A stretch of DNA of 59,440 nt, the filler included, from Dugesia japonica (taxonomy: Eukaryota): assembly GCA_001938525.1 (NCBI GenBank). It is 5 parts of 5 records of this genome, joined end to end, with 100 filler letters (N's around TTAATTAATTAA, not from the genome) between each part and the next. Parts side by side here need not be neighbours in the genome. Positions count along the whole stretch, not along the records: positions 1 to 12,089 come from MQRL01298465.1; positions 12,190 to 24,763 come from MQRL01575339.1; positions 24,864 to 36,719 come from MQRL01631903.1; 2 more parts are not named here. One strand, written 5' to 3'. Shown here one piece after another: positions 11,415 to 25,239 of the stretch (position 1 is the stretch's first letter; every line of letters starts with the position of its first letter). The notes below the pieces were generated by a model. The model worked only from the letters and a program-made list of their open reading frames with translations, was not told the DNA's origin and did no database searches. Position numbers and translations under genes: made by a program.

Positions 11415-12089
11415 CTTTAAAATATAAACAAATGAAAAATATGAAAAACAGAATATGTTAAACAATATATTTTGGAACTTGGGTTAATGTTTTTTGAATT
11501 TTTGTTTTAATCAAAAATTAATTAAATATATTTTTTCATTTTTAAAATTAAAAATTTAATAGTGTAAGTGAGGATTTGTTAAATTTATAATTTGCTTTGG
11601 TATTGTATATTTTTATTGTTACACTTGCTAGTATTTGTTAAAAAAATTGAATAAAGGATTGTTGTTTAAATATTGCGAATTTTGTTGAGCAGTTTTTTAA
11701 AATAAGACATGAGTAAATCTTTTAGAATTTTGCAAGAATTAATATTCAGATCCAAGGAATTTCTATAAGAAGAAAGAAACAATCAATTTATTTAATATGA
11801 ATAACATTTTGGAAACTAATTATAATTCTGTTATTGATAATAACTCTAACAGTGTAAGGAAATATTGAAATGAATTTTTTAAGTTAACGTAGACTTAATT
11901 AAATTTAATTTTAATATGATGTTGCAGTTAGTGTGGTCATTAGTATTAATAATTTTAAAATTTCGTGCATAAACTTTAAAGATGATTGGGTGACAGTTAT
12001 GTGTGAAGCATTAATGATAAAATAGATAAGGTCATTCTAGGCCAGTAGATAGATATGAGCGCACCAAATCAGGGCCTCTCGAGGGAGGG

Positions 12090-12189
12090 NNNNNNNNNNN
12101 NNNNNNNNNNNNNNNNNNNNNNNNNNNNNNNNNTTAATTAATTAANNNNNNNNNNNNNNNNNNNNNNNNNNNNNNNNNNNNNNNNNNNN
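12090..12189. other. Artificial assembly linker
   Basis: 44 N + TTAATTAATTAA + 44 N. Confidence 0.97.
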
Positions 12190-12860
12190 ATATATATATA
12201 TATATATAGTTGTTTAAGAGAGAAATTAATCACCCGCTATTTGTAGTATTGTTATTATATACCTTTCAAATGAAAAAACAAGAAAATTTACTACCAAAAC
12301 CTTAATCTACAAAATTCCTAATAGCTCTTTAAAAGATCTAAATCAGGAGGGTAGCTAGATTTTTTAAGATCGGGGCAAATTAAATAAGAAAAAAATTTCA
12401 TTGGGCAAAAAGTTATTTTTATAATTTGGCTGCATGAGACTAATTTGTCAATGTGTGGGTTGATTTTTGAAGTCGAGAATAAAAAATCAACGTATTTAAG
12501 CGTTTTTTCAAAATTGGTTACAAGGCATTTTAAAAAGTTTGGCCAGCCTTGATCAACATGAAGCAGTGATTAAAAGTTTAAATTATCCCAGTTTAAGTTT
12601 TATAATTTTATTATAATTACAATAATAAATAAATTTCAATAATTTTTATTATAATAATCCTATTTTCAATATGCCATATTTCATAGACCTTTTTACTCTT
12701 AAATTCGGCTTTGTAAAAATTTTTAGCCGAATTTAATTTAATTTGGAATTTTGTCAATTTTACTAAGGTAATATTTTTTTGGAATTCATTTAAAATATAA
12801 GCTTAGATCAAGATTTGTTTTCAAACAAAAAAAACAAATTTTGAAATTTCTGAAAAACAA

Positions 12861-13340
12861 TCAATGGTTACGTCCAACAATTATTCTCACTATAATTGAA
12901 ATTGTAAAATAATATTGTTTTCTTTATAAATTTTAAATAGTAATTTTTATTATTAATTATTTGACGAATTATAAGTTTATTTCAGTTGTATATTTATTGA
13001 ATTTATTTGGAAATTTTGTTATTAGAATTATTTATTTAATAAATATTTATGATAAAAGAAGATTTTTCTATGCCAGAGGTGTGTATGCCTAACAGTAATC
13101 ATTTGATAATAAATTTCAATTTTATTTATTATCTTTTACAATTACAATTATTGTTAAATAATTGTTGGACTTGATCGAATTTTTAAAGTTTCAGTAAATT
13201 AAAAACCTTCAATCAAAATGTTGTTTTATTTTTGTGGTTGTTGGCAATTGTAACTTTGTTATATTTTACATATAAAATATAAATTANAATTTTATAGTTA
13301 AAATTATTGCGAGAAATAATTTTGAACTTAGTCATTGATC
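12861..13340. repeat. Three Penelope-like pseudo-LTR tail copies (12861-12910 +, 13134-13177 -, 13290-13340 -)
   Basis: tcaatggtta.gtccaacaattattctc..taattg..attgtaaaa motif in both orientations. Confidence 0.55.
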
Positions 13341-14550
13341 ACATTTTTAAAGATTCAATAAATTAAACAGATTAGATGAAATTGTTATTTTCGTTTGCAA
13401 TTCGAATTTTCTAAGATCATCTTCAAGTATTTACTTTTTGATTTCTCTAAATAAATAAAAAAGCAAATCCCTAAACCATACTTGTCGAAAATTCAGATTG
13501 CTAACAAAAAAACAATTTTATCTAAATTTTTTTAATTTATTGAAACTTGTGAAAAGCAGTATTTTTTATTTCGCTTGAAATCTTCAGATTCTTTTTCATT
13601 TTCAATAATAAAATGAATTTTAATTTCATGTATTTTCTTACATTAAATATATTCTTGTTGTTTTTCTACAATTTTTTATTTTAACTCATCGAAGAATTGA
13701 ATTCACAACTAGTTTCCATAAAAGATTTATTCATAAAACAAAAACTATGCATATAAATTTAATTTTTTCAAACAAATTCAAAAATTTATATTCGAAACAA
13801 AAAAAAATATCAGCCTTTTGAAAAATTTTTCATTATTTCAGTTTATTTTAAATTTTAATAAATAACGTAAAATTTAAAAATACAATACAAAATATATTTT
13901 GTTGTAAATCGGAAATTTCAAAATTTTACAAATTACAGTAAAATTATAAAAATTATAAAATTTTAATAGAAAAAAACTTTATTAAAAATTTTATATTTAA
14001 CAAAAATTATAAATTTCACATTCGTTTTCTGTAATCAAAAATAATTTAAAATTCGTTTGCTTTTAACGGATAATTTTAAAATTTATTTTAAAAATTATTT
14101 TAATGATTCAATTTAAATATTTAACAAATCTGATTTTAATAAATTACGTTTTAAAATACAAACTATTTAAATCTGCTTTTAAAAATAATCTCACAATCAC
14201 AATATTTAAAGATGTGTAACAAGCAGCCATTTTGAAAACAAGTGAAAAAAACCCTATTGCTTCAAAAGACTCAGATCTTTAAAATAATTTAAATTGTATG
14301 AATTATTACAAGTCCTTAATTAATTTTACAAATAGATTAAAGCAATGTTATCACCTGTACGGCATCTAAAAATATAGTTTAAGTGCCAATACTAATAGTA
14401 TAAATAAATTTTAAAATATAAAAGAAAAGTAATAATTACAAGACTAATAATTATGCTGCTCATTTTCAAAATCGATTAACTCCAAATAGCACAAAAAGAT
14501 AATATAATATTAAAATTCCAATTAAAATATAAATGCAAATAAAAGTTAAG

Positions 14551-14771
14551 TTTTCATTAAACTAATAGCTTCGATAAAAATGATATTTTTTTTGGTATAT
14601 ATTCGAAATTTCGATTATTGTTTTCAGGAGAAGACAATAATCGAAATTTCAAATAATTACCAAATAAGAAATAAAACAACATTTTTATTGAAGCTATTTA
14701 TTTAATGAAATCACAAATGCGATCAATGGCTAAGTCCAACAGTTATTCTCGTAATAATTGTAATTGTAAAA
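14551..14771. mobile_element. Inverted pair of Penelope-like pseudo-LTR fragments forming a ~160-bp palindrome centred on a hammerhead remnant
   Basis: Arms 14551-14624 and 14630-14710 (gaaatttcgattattg / caataatcgaaatttc core), followed by the pLTR tail motif. Confidence 0.6.
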
Positions 14772-15679
14772 CATTAAGTTGTCTTGATTCTTATTGTTAG
14801 GGAAACGTATTATAAATATAAAAAGTTATGATTATATCAAGAGCTTTGACACTAAAGTGCTAAAAAATCAAAGTTGATTTTATATATTTGGTTTGAGACT
14901 GGCTTAACTAAAATTATCACAAAATTAAATCAATATAAGAAATTTTAATAAATAGTTTCACCTTTCAAAATGTATATCTTATTTACTAGAACGATTATTA
15001 TTACTAAATAAAATGTTTTAATTTTCACATAGTGAAAAATAAAACAAAATCGAGGTGAGATGCACTATTTATTTTAATTGTTACGGACATAGATAGTATG
15101 CCAATTATAGAAGTTATATTTATTACTGTTAATGGATATAACTGTAGAATATTTTATGCAAGTTTGTAACTATTTTATACAAAACAACATTAATTTTATA
15201 CATAAAATGAGTTTATGTATATAATGAACTCATTAAATAAAAAGGGAAACCAGAATAACAGCACGATAAGTATCTTTTATTGGAATCTTTAGTGAAGACT
15301 AGTTTAGTTCAATTAATTTCGCCAGAATTGATTATTGATATGTAATTACTTTTGAAATTTACTTTTGAATAAATTCACGAAGTTCATGCCACCTTTGATA
15401 GGTTTGTTTAAGATCTGCAAAAATATGGCTTTCTCGAATTTATTAACAAAGAAAATTTTGACAATACCAATTTTAAACATTACCAATACAATATTTAAAA
15501 CTTGATTCTGATTGGTTGAAATTTTCAAGGTCAGTGGTATAGTATGCTTGATTCTGATGAGTCAAAATTTTCAAGGTCATATTAGTTCAAGGTCACTGGT
15601 ACATTGTATACTCGATTCTCATTTGTTGAAATTTTCAAGGTCAGTGGTACAGTATACTCAATTCTAATTGGTGTAATAT

Positions 15680-15975
15680 AAACTATAACAAAGAAAATGC
15701 ACCACAAATACAACACGAATGCAACTATAACAAAGAAAATGATACACTAATGCAACTATTACAAATAAAATGATACAAGAATTCAACTATAACAAAGAAA
15801 ATGCAACACAAATGCAACTATAACAAGGAAATTGCAACACGTATTCAACTATAACAAAGAATATGATACACTAATGCAANNNNNNNNNNNNNNNNNCAAC
15901 ATGAATTCAATTAAACAAAGAACATGAGTCATATTTGTGCAACATTAATGCAATGGAAACAATGAAAATGCACGA
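15680..15975 (+). repeat. ~31-bp minisatellite (caactataacaaagaaaatgcaacacaaatg)
   Basis: About 8 tandem degenerate units, with an N gap. Confidence 0.9.
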
Positions 15976-16349
15976 TAAATCAAAGTTTTAATAAGGTTTC
16001 TTTAGAATATTATGGGATTTTACAGGTTATCTATATAGTTTTATATATTCTTAAAAAAGTTTTAAGATTTTATTGGTTTGAAAATGTTTTTAAAGTTGAT
16101 AAAATTTTAATTAAACATGTTTTTAATTAATAAATCTTAAATTAATATTAAATTAATTTTTGTTTAAGTATACTAAATTAAAATTGATTACTAATTAATT
16201 ATTAATATTATATGGAAATTATTTATTTTTGTTTAACTGAGCTAAATAAATAAAACGGTAGATGACCTTGAAAAATCTATTATAAAATAAGTGACTTTTT
16301 ATTTATTAATTTATTTTAATGATTTTTACTAATTTTAGATATTAACAGA

Positions 16350-16716
16350 ATGAATCCAAAGAAAATTATTTCAACAAATATGGTAAGTTTAATTAATTAA
16401 TTTATTGTTATNGATTTATATTTTAGACTGAAAAAAATGATGTGTCTAAGGAATTTTATGACAATATGACAAAGAAATTTATGAAAGAGGTTAGATTTAT
16501 TAAGATTATATTTTAGGTTAATAACTTTATTTAATAAATTTAAGTTAATGAGTTTATTTTAATTTGATTATAATTTCATTTCAATTTTTATTGTAATGAT
16601 TTAAACTTTATATAATATTATCAAATTTTACTTAATTTAATGATTTTAATTGAAATCAATGATTTAACTTAATGATATAACTTAATTATTAGGAAAAGAA
16701 GCACATTTACAGATAA
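16350..16716 (+). CDS. Candidate three-exon 39-aa micro-gene inside the TIR element (16350-16382, 16427-16489, 16693-16716)
   Basis: GT-AG introns, all phase 0, give MNPKKIISTNMTEKNDVSKEFYDNMTKKFMKEEKKHIYR*. Confidence 0.4.
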
Positions 16717-16907
16717 CTTATTTTGTTATTTAAACTAATTAATTTGTACTATTAAAATCTAATTTACAATTTAGATCCAGATTTAAACAACTGTACATAA
16801 TGACTGTAATTATCCATGTTTTATCAACAATAAATTTTATTGTTTTAATTAGTCTTTTCATTTTTCTTTTATATATATTTTTAAAATTGTCTGAGAAGCA
16901 TCTAATC

Positions 16908-16992
16908 TTAATATTGCCTGGAGCAAATAATATTGATGTTAATATTGCCCGGAGCAATTAATATTGATGTTAATATTGCTCGGGGGAAATTA
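16908..16992 (+). repeat. 30-bp tandem repeat x~3
   Basis: ttaatattgcc(t/c)ggagcaa.taatattgatg units. Confidence 0.85.
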
Positions 16993-18199
16993 ACTTCAAA
17001 ATTTGAAAATTTAAACAAATTAAGTTTCCCAATAGATGTTCTATAAAAAAATCCATAAAAATAAATAAATCACTTAATTTAAATAAAAATCTGAAAATCA
17101 TTTAATTTAAACAAAAAAATTTAAACATTAAAACAAATATAAATATTAAATATTCCCGGACGACAGTTGCCATGGAAATTACCTTGACCTACTTTCATTT
17201 AACCTTGAAATATTACACTAATTAGAATTAAGTATACTGTACCATTGACCTTGAAAATTTCGACCAATGAGAATCGAGTATACAATGTACCGGCGACCTT
17301 GAACTAATATGACCTTGAAAATTTCGACCATCGAGAATCAAGTATACTCTACCACTGACCTTGAAATAATGACTTTAAAAATTTCAACCAATAAGAATCG
17401 AGTATACTATGCACCAGTGACCTTGAAAAAATTTGACTCTGAGGAGGGGGAGGGTGGCACAGTGCGCCACTTTCTACTTACTCAACTTAGATTTTTTGTG
17501 GTTTCTAATGCATCTGTATCAACAAAAATTATATGCAATAAATATGCATACAAATTTATACATCCCGTCATAATAAAACGATGCTATCAAAAAGACAAGG
17601 AAAAGTGAGAAGAAAAAATGACACGACACAAAAGCGACCAGGAAAGTAGAATAGCGAGATTGAGTGAAAATAATTGATAGCAGTAAAAAAAGGAAATATA
17701 AAATCGACGAGGGAGAAGAGAATATGAAACAGTAAATAATACTTTCTGGAAAAGAACGAAAAAATTATTTATTATACGTACATTAAATTATCATTTTATG
17801 TAAAGAAATAAATTGATCACAAGAAATAATTAGAATGAATAAAATGAAAAAAAATTAATTATTTAATTAATTAATTGTCTCAATCCACAGTACACACAAA
17901 GCTACTAAAACACATCTATAATGTGCCACTTCACCTTGTTTTGATCATACTCTAAATTTCCTTCAAGACGATTGAACAGTATTAAATAATTAAATCAAAT
18001 AGGCATCTGCCTGAAAATGGACTACAACAATGACTGTTAGCTCTTCAACAGGCTCCAGAAAACTCTGTTTCTATTTCCACAGTTTATCAATTCACCATGT
18101 GGTCTGAGCAGATCAAAGTAGGTAAATGAGCTTTATCTATTTCTAGACTATCGGCGAAAAATTTTTGGAGTTTTTAGATTTTGAATAAACGAAAAATAT

Positions 18200-18243
18200 T
18201 TATATTTATATTTATATATTATTATTATTATTATTATTATTAC

Positions 18244-18285
<42 letters not shown>
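18200..18285 (+). repeat. (TAT)n microsatellite running into a gap
   Basis: Direct observation. Confidence 0.95.
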
Positions 18286-19440
18286 NNNNNNNNNNNNNNN
18301 NNNNNNNNNNNNNNNNNNNNNNNNNNNNNNNNNNNNNNNNNNNNNNNNNNNNNNNNNNNNNNNNNNNNNNNNNNNNNNNNNNNNNNNNNNNNNNNNNNNN
18401 NNNNNNNNNAAAGCTAAAAATTCCTGAAATATTTTTTGGACCGAAATATTATCAAGGTACAGAATCAGTAATCAACATTAAATGATTTGAAATTTAACTG
18501 CTAATTAAAGGAAACGTTATGATCTAATTTCCTTTCTTTAATAACACACAACACAAATTTCCTAATATTAATGGCATTAGAATAATTTTAACCTTTCATT
18601 TACGGTTCATTATCACATTTATTATATTCTTTTATAATATCGATTAATTAATCTCAATTATAATAGACAATTCATGAAAACGGCATGTAAAACCGTCCGG
18701 AAGTATTGCGATTTTTATTTTTTAAAATTAGAAATCTTTAAAATAAAATAGTAGCAATTTTTTATGATAAAAAATGATTTAAAATTTTAATCTGTTTAAA
18801 TGTTCTCATTAACTATTTTAATTTATTATTTTCTAATTGTTCAATTTAAGTTTCATTAAACAATAACAAAGCTGTTATTTAATCATTTTGTGTGGTACTT
18901 ATGGTGATATGATTTGTGTCATAAGTAACGTTTTTAAACTGATTAGAACTAAGTGCACATACACATGGCGTTAAATTTATAATTTCTAGTAAAAATTAAT
19001 ATCTGAACCAATTGCTGTTTTATTATAGATAATTTGATTTGTGAAACCACTAGTATTTATTGATAATTATTAATTTATCTTAATTTGCAGTTCTAAGTAA
19101 ATTGATGGAAAATTAAAATTCAAACTTTGTAATTGAAAAAGCAAATTAATAAAAACCTATTTAATACAAATTTAAAAATCAGAAGTGATATCACAAGTGT
19201 TGATATTAAATATTTGTAGCAGCTATATAAATAAGATTGTTAAAGATTATAAAAATTTGTTTTCTTTCAAATTGTCACAATTTAAATCATTTGCCAATTA
19301 AAGATTTCTGAAACCATTTAATTTCTATTGCGATTTGACATTAAGCTACAGTTTTCTGTATTAATGTGAAATAGTAATAGAAAATCAATAATTGTAGTTT
19401 CCTTTGTAATAGTGGTTACAGAATATTATTAACGCATTGA

Positions 19441-20293
19441 CAGGCCCGGTCCTAGGGCCGATCCAGCAAGACCATGGTTCGGGGCACCAAATATATACAA
19501 AAAAAATTAAATCAAACCTTCACAAGATATTACGGCGCTATGAGACTTCAATTTTTTATAGTGAATTGAATTTATGGTATGTACATAAAAAAAAACTCAT
19601 TATAGTACGATGTTTAATCAATATGGTAAATATACGTATGCATGTACATTCAAGTAAAAAAATTACGCGTATTAATCGTAATTATCCTTGGTAGTCATAG
19701 TAACCGTAAATATTATTGTAATTGTTAAATGAGTTTGAAGTACTCATCTGATCATTTATGTCAAAACTCATTTCCATACAAGATTTATTCAAACAAATTA
19801 AAATTCCTTGTTTTAATTGGTGATAAATTTTCAAATATTAAAATTTTAAGTAAAATTTTGACTTTATTAATTAATCGCCATTTAAAATTTAAAACAGAAT
19901 ACTCATTCGTTATTTAAATTTAAATATTTCTAAATAAAAAGATTTTAAGAAAAATGATCTCCAGCCACACAAAAATTTTAACTCACTTTTCAAAACATAC
20001 TCACAGTAATACTGTATCCAAACATCCTACACAAGTATTAAATTTTTAACATAACACGTTTCTCTTTTGTAGATAAAAAATACACCAACATTTGATAGTG
20101 CATAATTTAGTGGTTTCCTTATTTCTGCATAAAGATTGTTAAATGTAAATTTTTAATAAAGAGTTGAAGTTTTAATAATAAAATAAAAATATCCATTAGT
20201 TATTCCTATTTTTGGTAATTTTGCTCGTTAAAGTGAATGTGGCGCGATTTAAAGCTTTGGCCTAGAGCGCCTCAAATGCTCAGATCAGGCCTG
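19441..20293. mobile_element. hAT-type MITE
   Basis: CAGGCC...GGCCTG termini with GC-rich subterminal ends; TSD degenerate. Confidence 0.5.
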
Positions 20294-23242
20294 TACATTA
20301 GGTGGCGGATGAATCACGCATGATTCATAGTAGATTTGTTCATAGTGCTACGTGAATCAAAGTTGCTTCACATCAATATTTGGCGATGACGCTTTGTGAG
20401 TATTATGTGTAGTACAGCACATTGAAATTGCAGCAAAAATGATTAGGAAATAGCGAATTAAAGGGTAAAACAAAAAGTCTACAACATAAAAACGATTAAT
20501 TAATCGTAAAATAAACTTTAAACAATAAAAACTAAAAATTTAGGGGTTTAAAGAATTAATATAAGTAACAACAAAAGTAAAGTTTTAAAATCTCAATCGA
20601 TTAATAAATACTGTGATAAAAGTGCGATTTCGTAGGAGGTAATTTTTAACCGCTTCTCCTCCCTTGTCAACAACTGTTGAACTTTTAGTAACCCGTCTAA
20701 TAAAATTATATCAACAAATTATCAATATTTTTATTAATTCTTCTGATTTAATTTATTTATCGTACAAAATTTGTTGACGTCAATTTATTTTGGACACCCT
20801 GTTCCCCTCGTCAACAATTGTCTAACTTCTTCAATCCCCACCTCCGATTTTGTTNNNNNNNNNNNNNNNNNNNNNNNNNAAAAATCAATCGAAATTATTA
20901 TACGCTGTTTTCAGTCTTTATTAAAACTCTCAAGTTATAATTTAAGATTAAAAAACGAAATCAACAATTTCGAACTTTTCAAATTACAAGTCGGTATTCT
21001 CAACCTAAGATTCAAAATTAAAAATAAAGAAGCTTATCTCAAGCAAACAAAATGTATAAAATGAACAATTAAATTAAATGAAAATAGTTTAATAGCTGAA
21101 GAAATCAAATCCCAAACAATTAACTTAAGAAACTGAATCACTGAAACCCGAGACAGTTAAATTAGAATAAAAGAACATTACCTGATAACGAATAAAATCA
21201 AATCAGATGAACTTACTTCAAGCAACAAAGTCATGAACTGAAATAAATAATTCATTATGTTAGATGAGTTTGATCATTAATGTCAAAATTCAATTCCATA
21301 GAAATTTTTTTCACAAAACAAAACTATATCCATCATTATTTGTTTATTCAAACAAATTAAAACTCCATGCTCTAATTGGAACTTATTTTTAATAAATTTA
21401 AAATTTTAAATTAAACTTTCATTTGAAAATAATTCGAAAGTTTTAAAAAAACAATTATTTGTTATCAAAATCTCCTTTAAATTTCTCCCAAAATATTAAA
21501 ACAAATAATCATTTGTTATTAACATATCCCTTAAAATTTTCACAAAATTTTAAAACAAAATGATCATTTGCTATTAAAACATCATTTAAAANNNNNNNNN
21601 NNNNNNNNNNNNNNNNNNNNNNNNNNNAAAAAATCTACAACAAATTGTGTATAAAAATATTTAAATTAATCTTAAACTATTCATAATTTTTGTACAAAAA
21701 ATTTATTTAATTTACTTTAATTCCTTAATTAATTTGTGAGTTTCAATTTTCTTGCATAAATATTTTAAAAAATAATTTCCAACCAAAGCACAAAACTTTC
21801 AACTCGCTTTTGAAAACATACTGACACATTATATAATATATAACAATGAATCTATACAATTCCAGCACAAAATTTTAGCTTGAAAGAGAAAATGATTCAA
21901 TTTACCTTCTCAAAATGATTCACAGGTTTCTATGATTATATCACAATTATAATATGATATATTATATTGGTAGAATCTATTTAGCTTATTTCTCTGATTC
22001 TTTCAAATATTCATCTAGTGAGTCAAGCACATCAACTCGCGATTAGTTGAATAATTCAAATTTAAGAATAAAAGTTAAGGTAATTACAGAATTTCCAGAA
22101 AATAAATTGTTTCGTTTGTTTTCAGTGTATAGTATCGCTGAAATTTTTTTATACATCAGAATTTGGACATTTTCCAAAGTAAAAACGTTATTATTTGACT
22201 ATATTTTGACAAATCTAAATTAGACCATGAAAGATTTTACTACACACTGCTAATGGATTAATATTAAAGCGGTCTTCGTTTCGAATTAAAGTAGAAGATT
22301 TTCTACAGACAATAATTTTAAGATAAAAGTCGGTTTTAAATTATTAAATCTAATCGTATTCGAGGTAATGACAACTTTTTTGATTTATTGAAAGATTTGT
22401 TTACCTTTCTTCAAATGTAATTTTATTGATTCCTCACTCATGTTGCTTTTTTGTAGGTTAATTTTATAATCATGTAATTCAATATTTGTTTTGATTAAAG
22501 TTAATTTACAAGAATAAAAATATAACTTCCAATCTCGTTCATTATTTAAAATTAAATTTCAATTTCATGAATTTAATAGGGTTGCTAGATTAGTTTAACT
22601 AAATGATATTTAAGTTTTAACTTTCCTCAAAATAAAACGAAACTATTATTATAAATAAAATATCTGCATGAATTTTAGCATAAGTTTAGCATAGATTTTA
22701 AACTCCGATTTAATTCAAAATTAAAATATTAAAAAACCTATCACAAAAAACGATAATTTCATTCCAATATATTTTTTGTCAAAAAAAATTAAAATAAATA
22801 ATAATTACAATGAATAGATAAAGCAAATATTATGACGTTATCATATTCGATTTACCTTCTCGACCACCGTTTTTTCGATTTTGTTTGTAACAATATGCTG
22901 GCTGGTATGCAAGAAAATGATTATATGCATATCTCTATTAGCACAACTGCACGAACAATGCAGTTTTCTTTTTTGTTACCTTTCAAACACACATGTAAAT
23001 AATAAAATGAAATTTTCAATGAAGCATCAAGATTTATACCTGCAATTTTATTGTCAGTTTGGTTGTATTATCCAAGTCTGTGTGTACATTTGTCATTTAT
23101 TTGCTTTAGCACTGATTGTCAGAAATTCTCTTTTATTTTAATATTCCGTTTAAAATTAATATTGTCCAACTGAAAACCAGTAGATGTAAATTTTATTTGA
23201 TTGAATTGTATTAACTGATTTGTAAAATTCTCTGAATTTTAG

Positions 23243-23603
23243 GGAATATCGATTACCAATAAAGAATATATCAATACCCAGAAAAGCCATGACTACGGTG
23301 TCACATTCAAAACCACCATTGTCTCCTTTCACCACAAATAGTAACGGATCATTGCGTAATTGTAAAACTCTAATGAATTCAAAAAAAATTGAATGCGCAA
23401 TCAATAAATCTATTATTTCTAAAAATGAAGGTTATGAAATCGATTCTTCCGTTAGTGATGATCGATGCCTAGAAATAAATGATTTAGAATCCTTTGACAA
23501 CTCTTTAGAAGGTGAAATGGATCTATTGGATAATCTTGATTCGGAAATACCAAATGAAAATTCTAGTAAATTAGCATATATCGAAGATTTAAGATCCGAT
23601 TCA
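23243..23603 (+). CDS. Internal exon of an unknown host gene (Ser/acidic-rich, probably disordered)
   Basis: Acceptor ttttag at 23242, open frame EYRLPIKNISIPRKAMTTVSHSKPP...LRSDS, donor GTAAGT at 23604. Confidence 0.6.
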
Positions 23604-24301
23604 GTAAGTCGGTTTTCATTAAGTTTAGATTTGAAAAATGTTAAATAATTTAATGATCAGTATTCAAAATATAAAAGTANNNNNNNNNNNNNNNNNNNNN
23701 NNNNTTTTTGGCAAATTTTTCAAGCTAATTGTAATTTCTAAATTTTGAATTAAAACTATTATTAATGGGAGTTAAATTATGTTTTTGCTATTTTTGAAAA
23801 ACAATATTATTATTTATTTTAATTTTTTTAAATAATAAATTTGGTTTTTAAACTTCTTGATTAATTTATGAGAATATTTAACTATTGGCTGCTTAATAAA
23901 TATTAAAAGGAGACATATATATATCAACCAAGAACAATAAGTCCTATATTATGCATATCATGACTAGAATTTATGGTTTGCTAAATATTAATATTTATCT
24001 GATGACGGAACATTTAAGAAATAAAATCTTGCTTTTATTGATTAATGTTCTATTTTGTTTATCTAAAAAATTTTATTTTCTTGACGCCTATTAATCTGAA
24101 ATATGTAAAAAATTAAAATTTCATTTTAAATTTCAAATATCTTTTCAATAATTATCACTAATTTTTTATTTGTAATTTCCATTTTAAATAATTTAATTAT
24201 TAAACTTAAATCTTAGCTGTTTATTGCGCTACATTAAAAAAAAATTTATGTATAAAATTGAATCAGGTTTTAATATAGAGCAATTTTTTTAAAAAATTGT
24301 T

Positions 24302-24763
24302 TTAGTCGAGTTGAGACCCATCTGCCCATTCCATGATTTTATTCTCGCTACAAATACTCTCTTTGAAGAATGAAATGTGTAATTGAGCCAGTGAAATGTT
24401 ATTTTCTTCCACAGAGCAGTCGGCTAGTGTACTAAATTGGATCTCTTCAACTGACTGAAACAAATGTCTAAATGAATTTTGAATTAAATATTGTGCGATC
24501 TTATTCCATGCTTGAATAGTTAAATATGCCACATCCTTTAAATTAATTATTTTCTAAGTGGAAACTGTTGAATCTGTTTCTTGGTTTTCAGTTAAAGTAG
24601 CTAATGTTGTAAGGAGGTGCTTTGTGTAGCGCTTTCAGTGATTTGATCAATTTTGGTCCTATGGTTGCAATAAACATCGCCTTAAAGCTCTCAATCTCAG
24701 TGAACATATTATCAGAGCTATGGAAAGTCTCGTTATCAACCAATAAAATCAACCTAACAGGTT
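24302..24763 (-). mobile_element. Tigger/pogo (DDE_1) transposase relic
   Basis: ILLVDNETFH, LQP*DQN..IKSLK, AYLTIQAWNKI...IQNSF. Confidence 0.75.
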
Positions 24764-24863
24764 NNNNNNNNNNNNNNNNNNNNNNNNNNNNNNNNNNNNN
24801 NNNNNNNTTAATTAATTAANNNNNNNNNNNNNNNNNNNNNNNNNNNNNNNNNNNNNNNNNNNN
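24764..24863. other. Artificial assembly linker
   Basis: 44 N + TTAATTAATTAA + 44 N. Confidence 0.97.
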
Positions 24864-25239
24864 AAAATTCTTGTAAGTTTTGAATGAAATTTATGTAATT
24901 TAAGTTTCATTAGTTTTTCAAAAAACCGATTATTGAACTTATTTAAGGTTATTTATTAAGGTTATTTATAAAGGTTATTTATTGTGTTTTCATTTATTTT
25001 ATTTACTGTGTTTCAAAAGCGCTATAAAAAATATTCAATTAAATTTTCAGTAAAAGAAAAATATAATTTTTAGTAAGAAATTTCAAAACCGAAACATTTT
25101 GTAATGAAAATTTTTTGTTGTAATTTCGTGGATAATGTTGCGCAATTAGTAATTTTTAGGTAAATCTTCTAAATCTTTTTTCCAAATAGCAAATATTTAT
25201 TTCAGACATCTTATTTCAATTATCATATATATTTAATTC

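Larger units (their letters stand above)
15499..17482. mobile_element. Non-autonomous element with long TIRs rich in CAAGGTCA subrepeats (Polinton-type terminus on the right)
   Basis: 15499-15678 is the reverse complement of ~17211-17403; right end reads AGTAAGTAGAAAGTGGCGCACTG on the minus strand; left TIR lacks the outer ~80 bp. Confidence 0.7.

Noticed and set aside
12134-12145. TTAATTAATTAA as a biological motif
   Set aside because: Always embedded in exactly 44+44 N; artificial linker
14355-14365. 11-nt micro-exon on the minus strand (ttttag ATGCCGTACAG gtgata)
   Set aside because: Too short to distinguish from chance, with no partner exons
18181-18417. Poly-Tyr ORF and other X-rich ORFs (25342, 34530, 41578, 47941)
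   Set aside because: Products of microsatellites and N gaps
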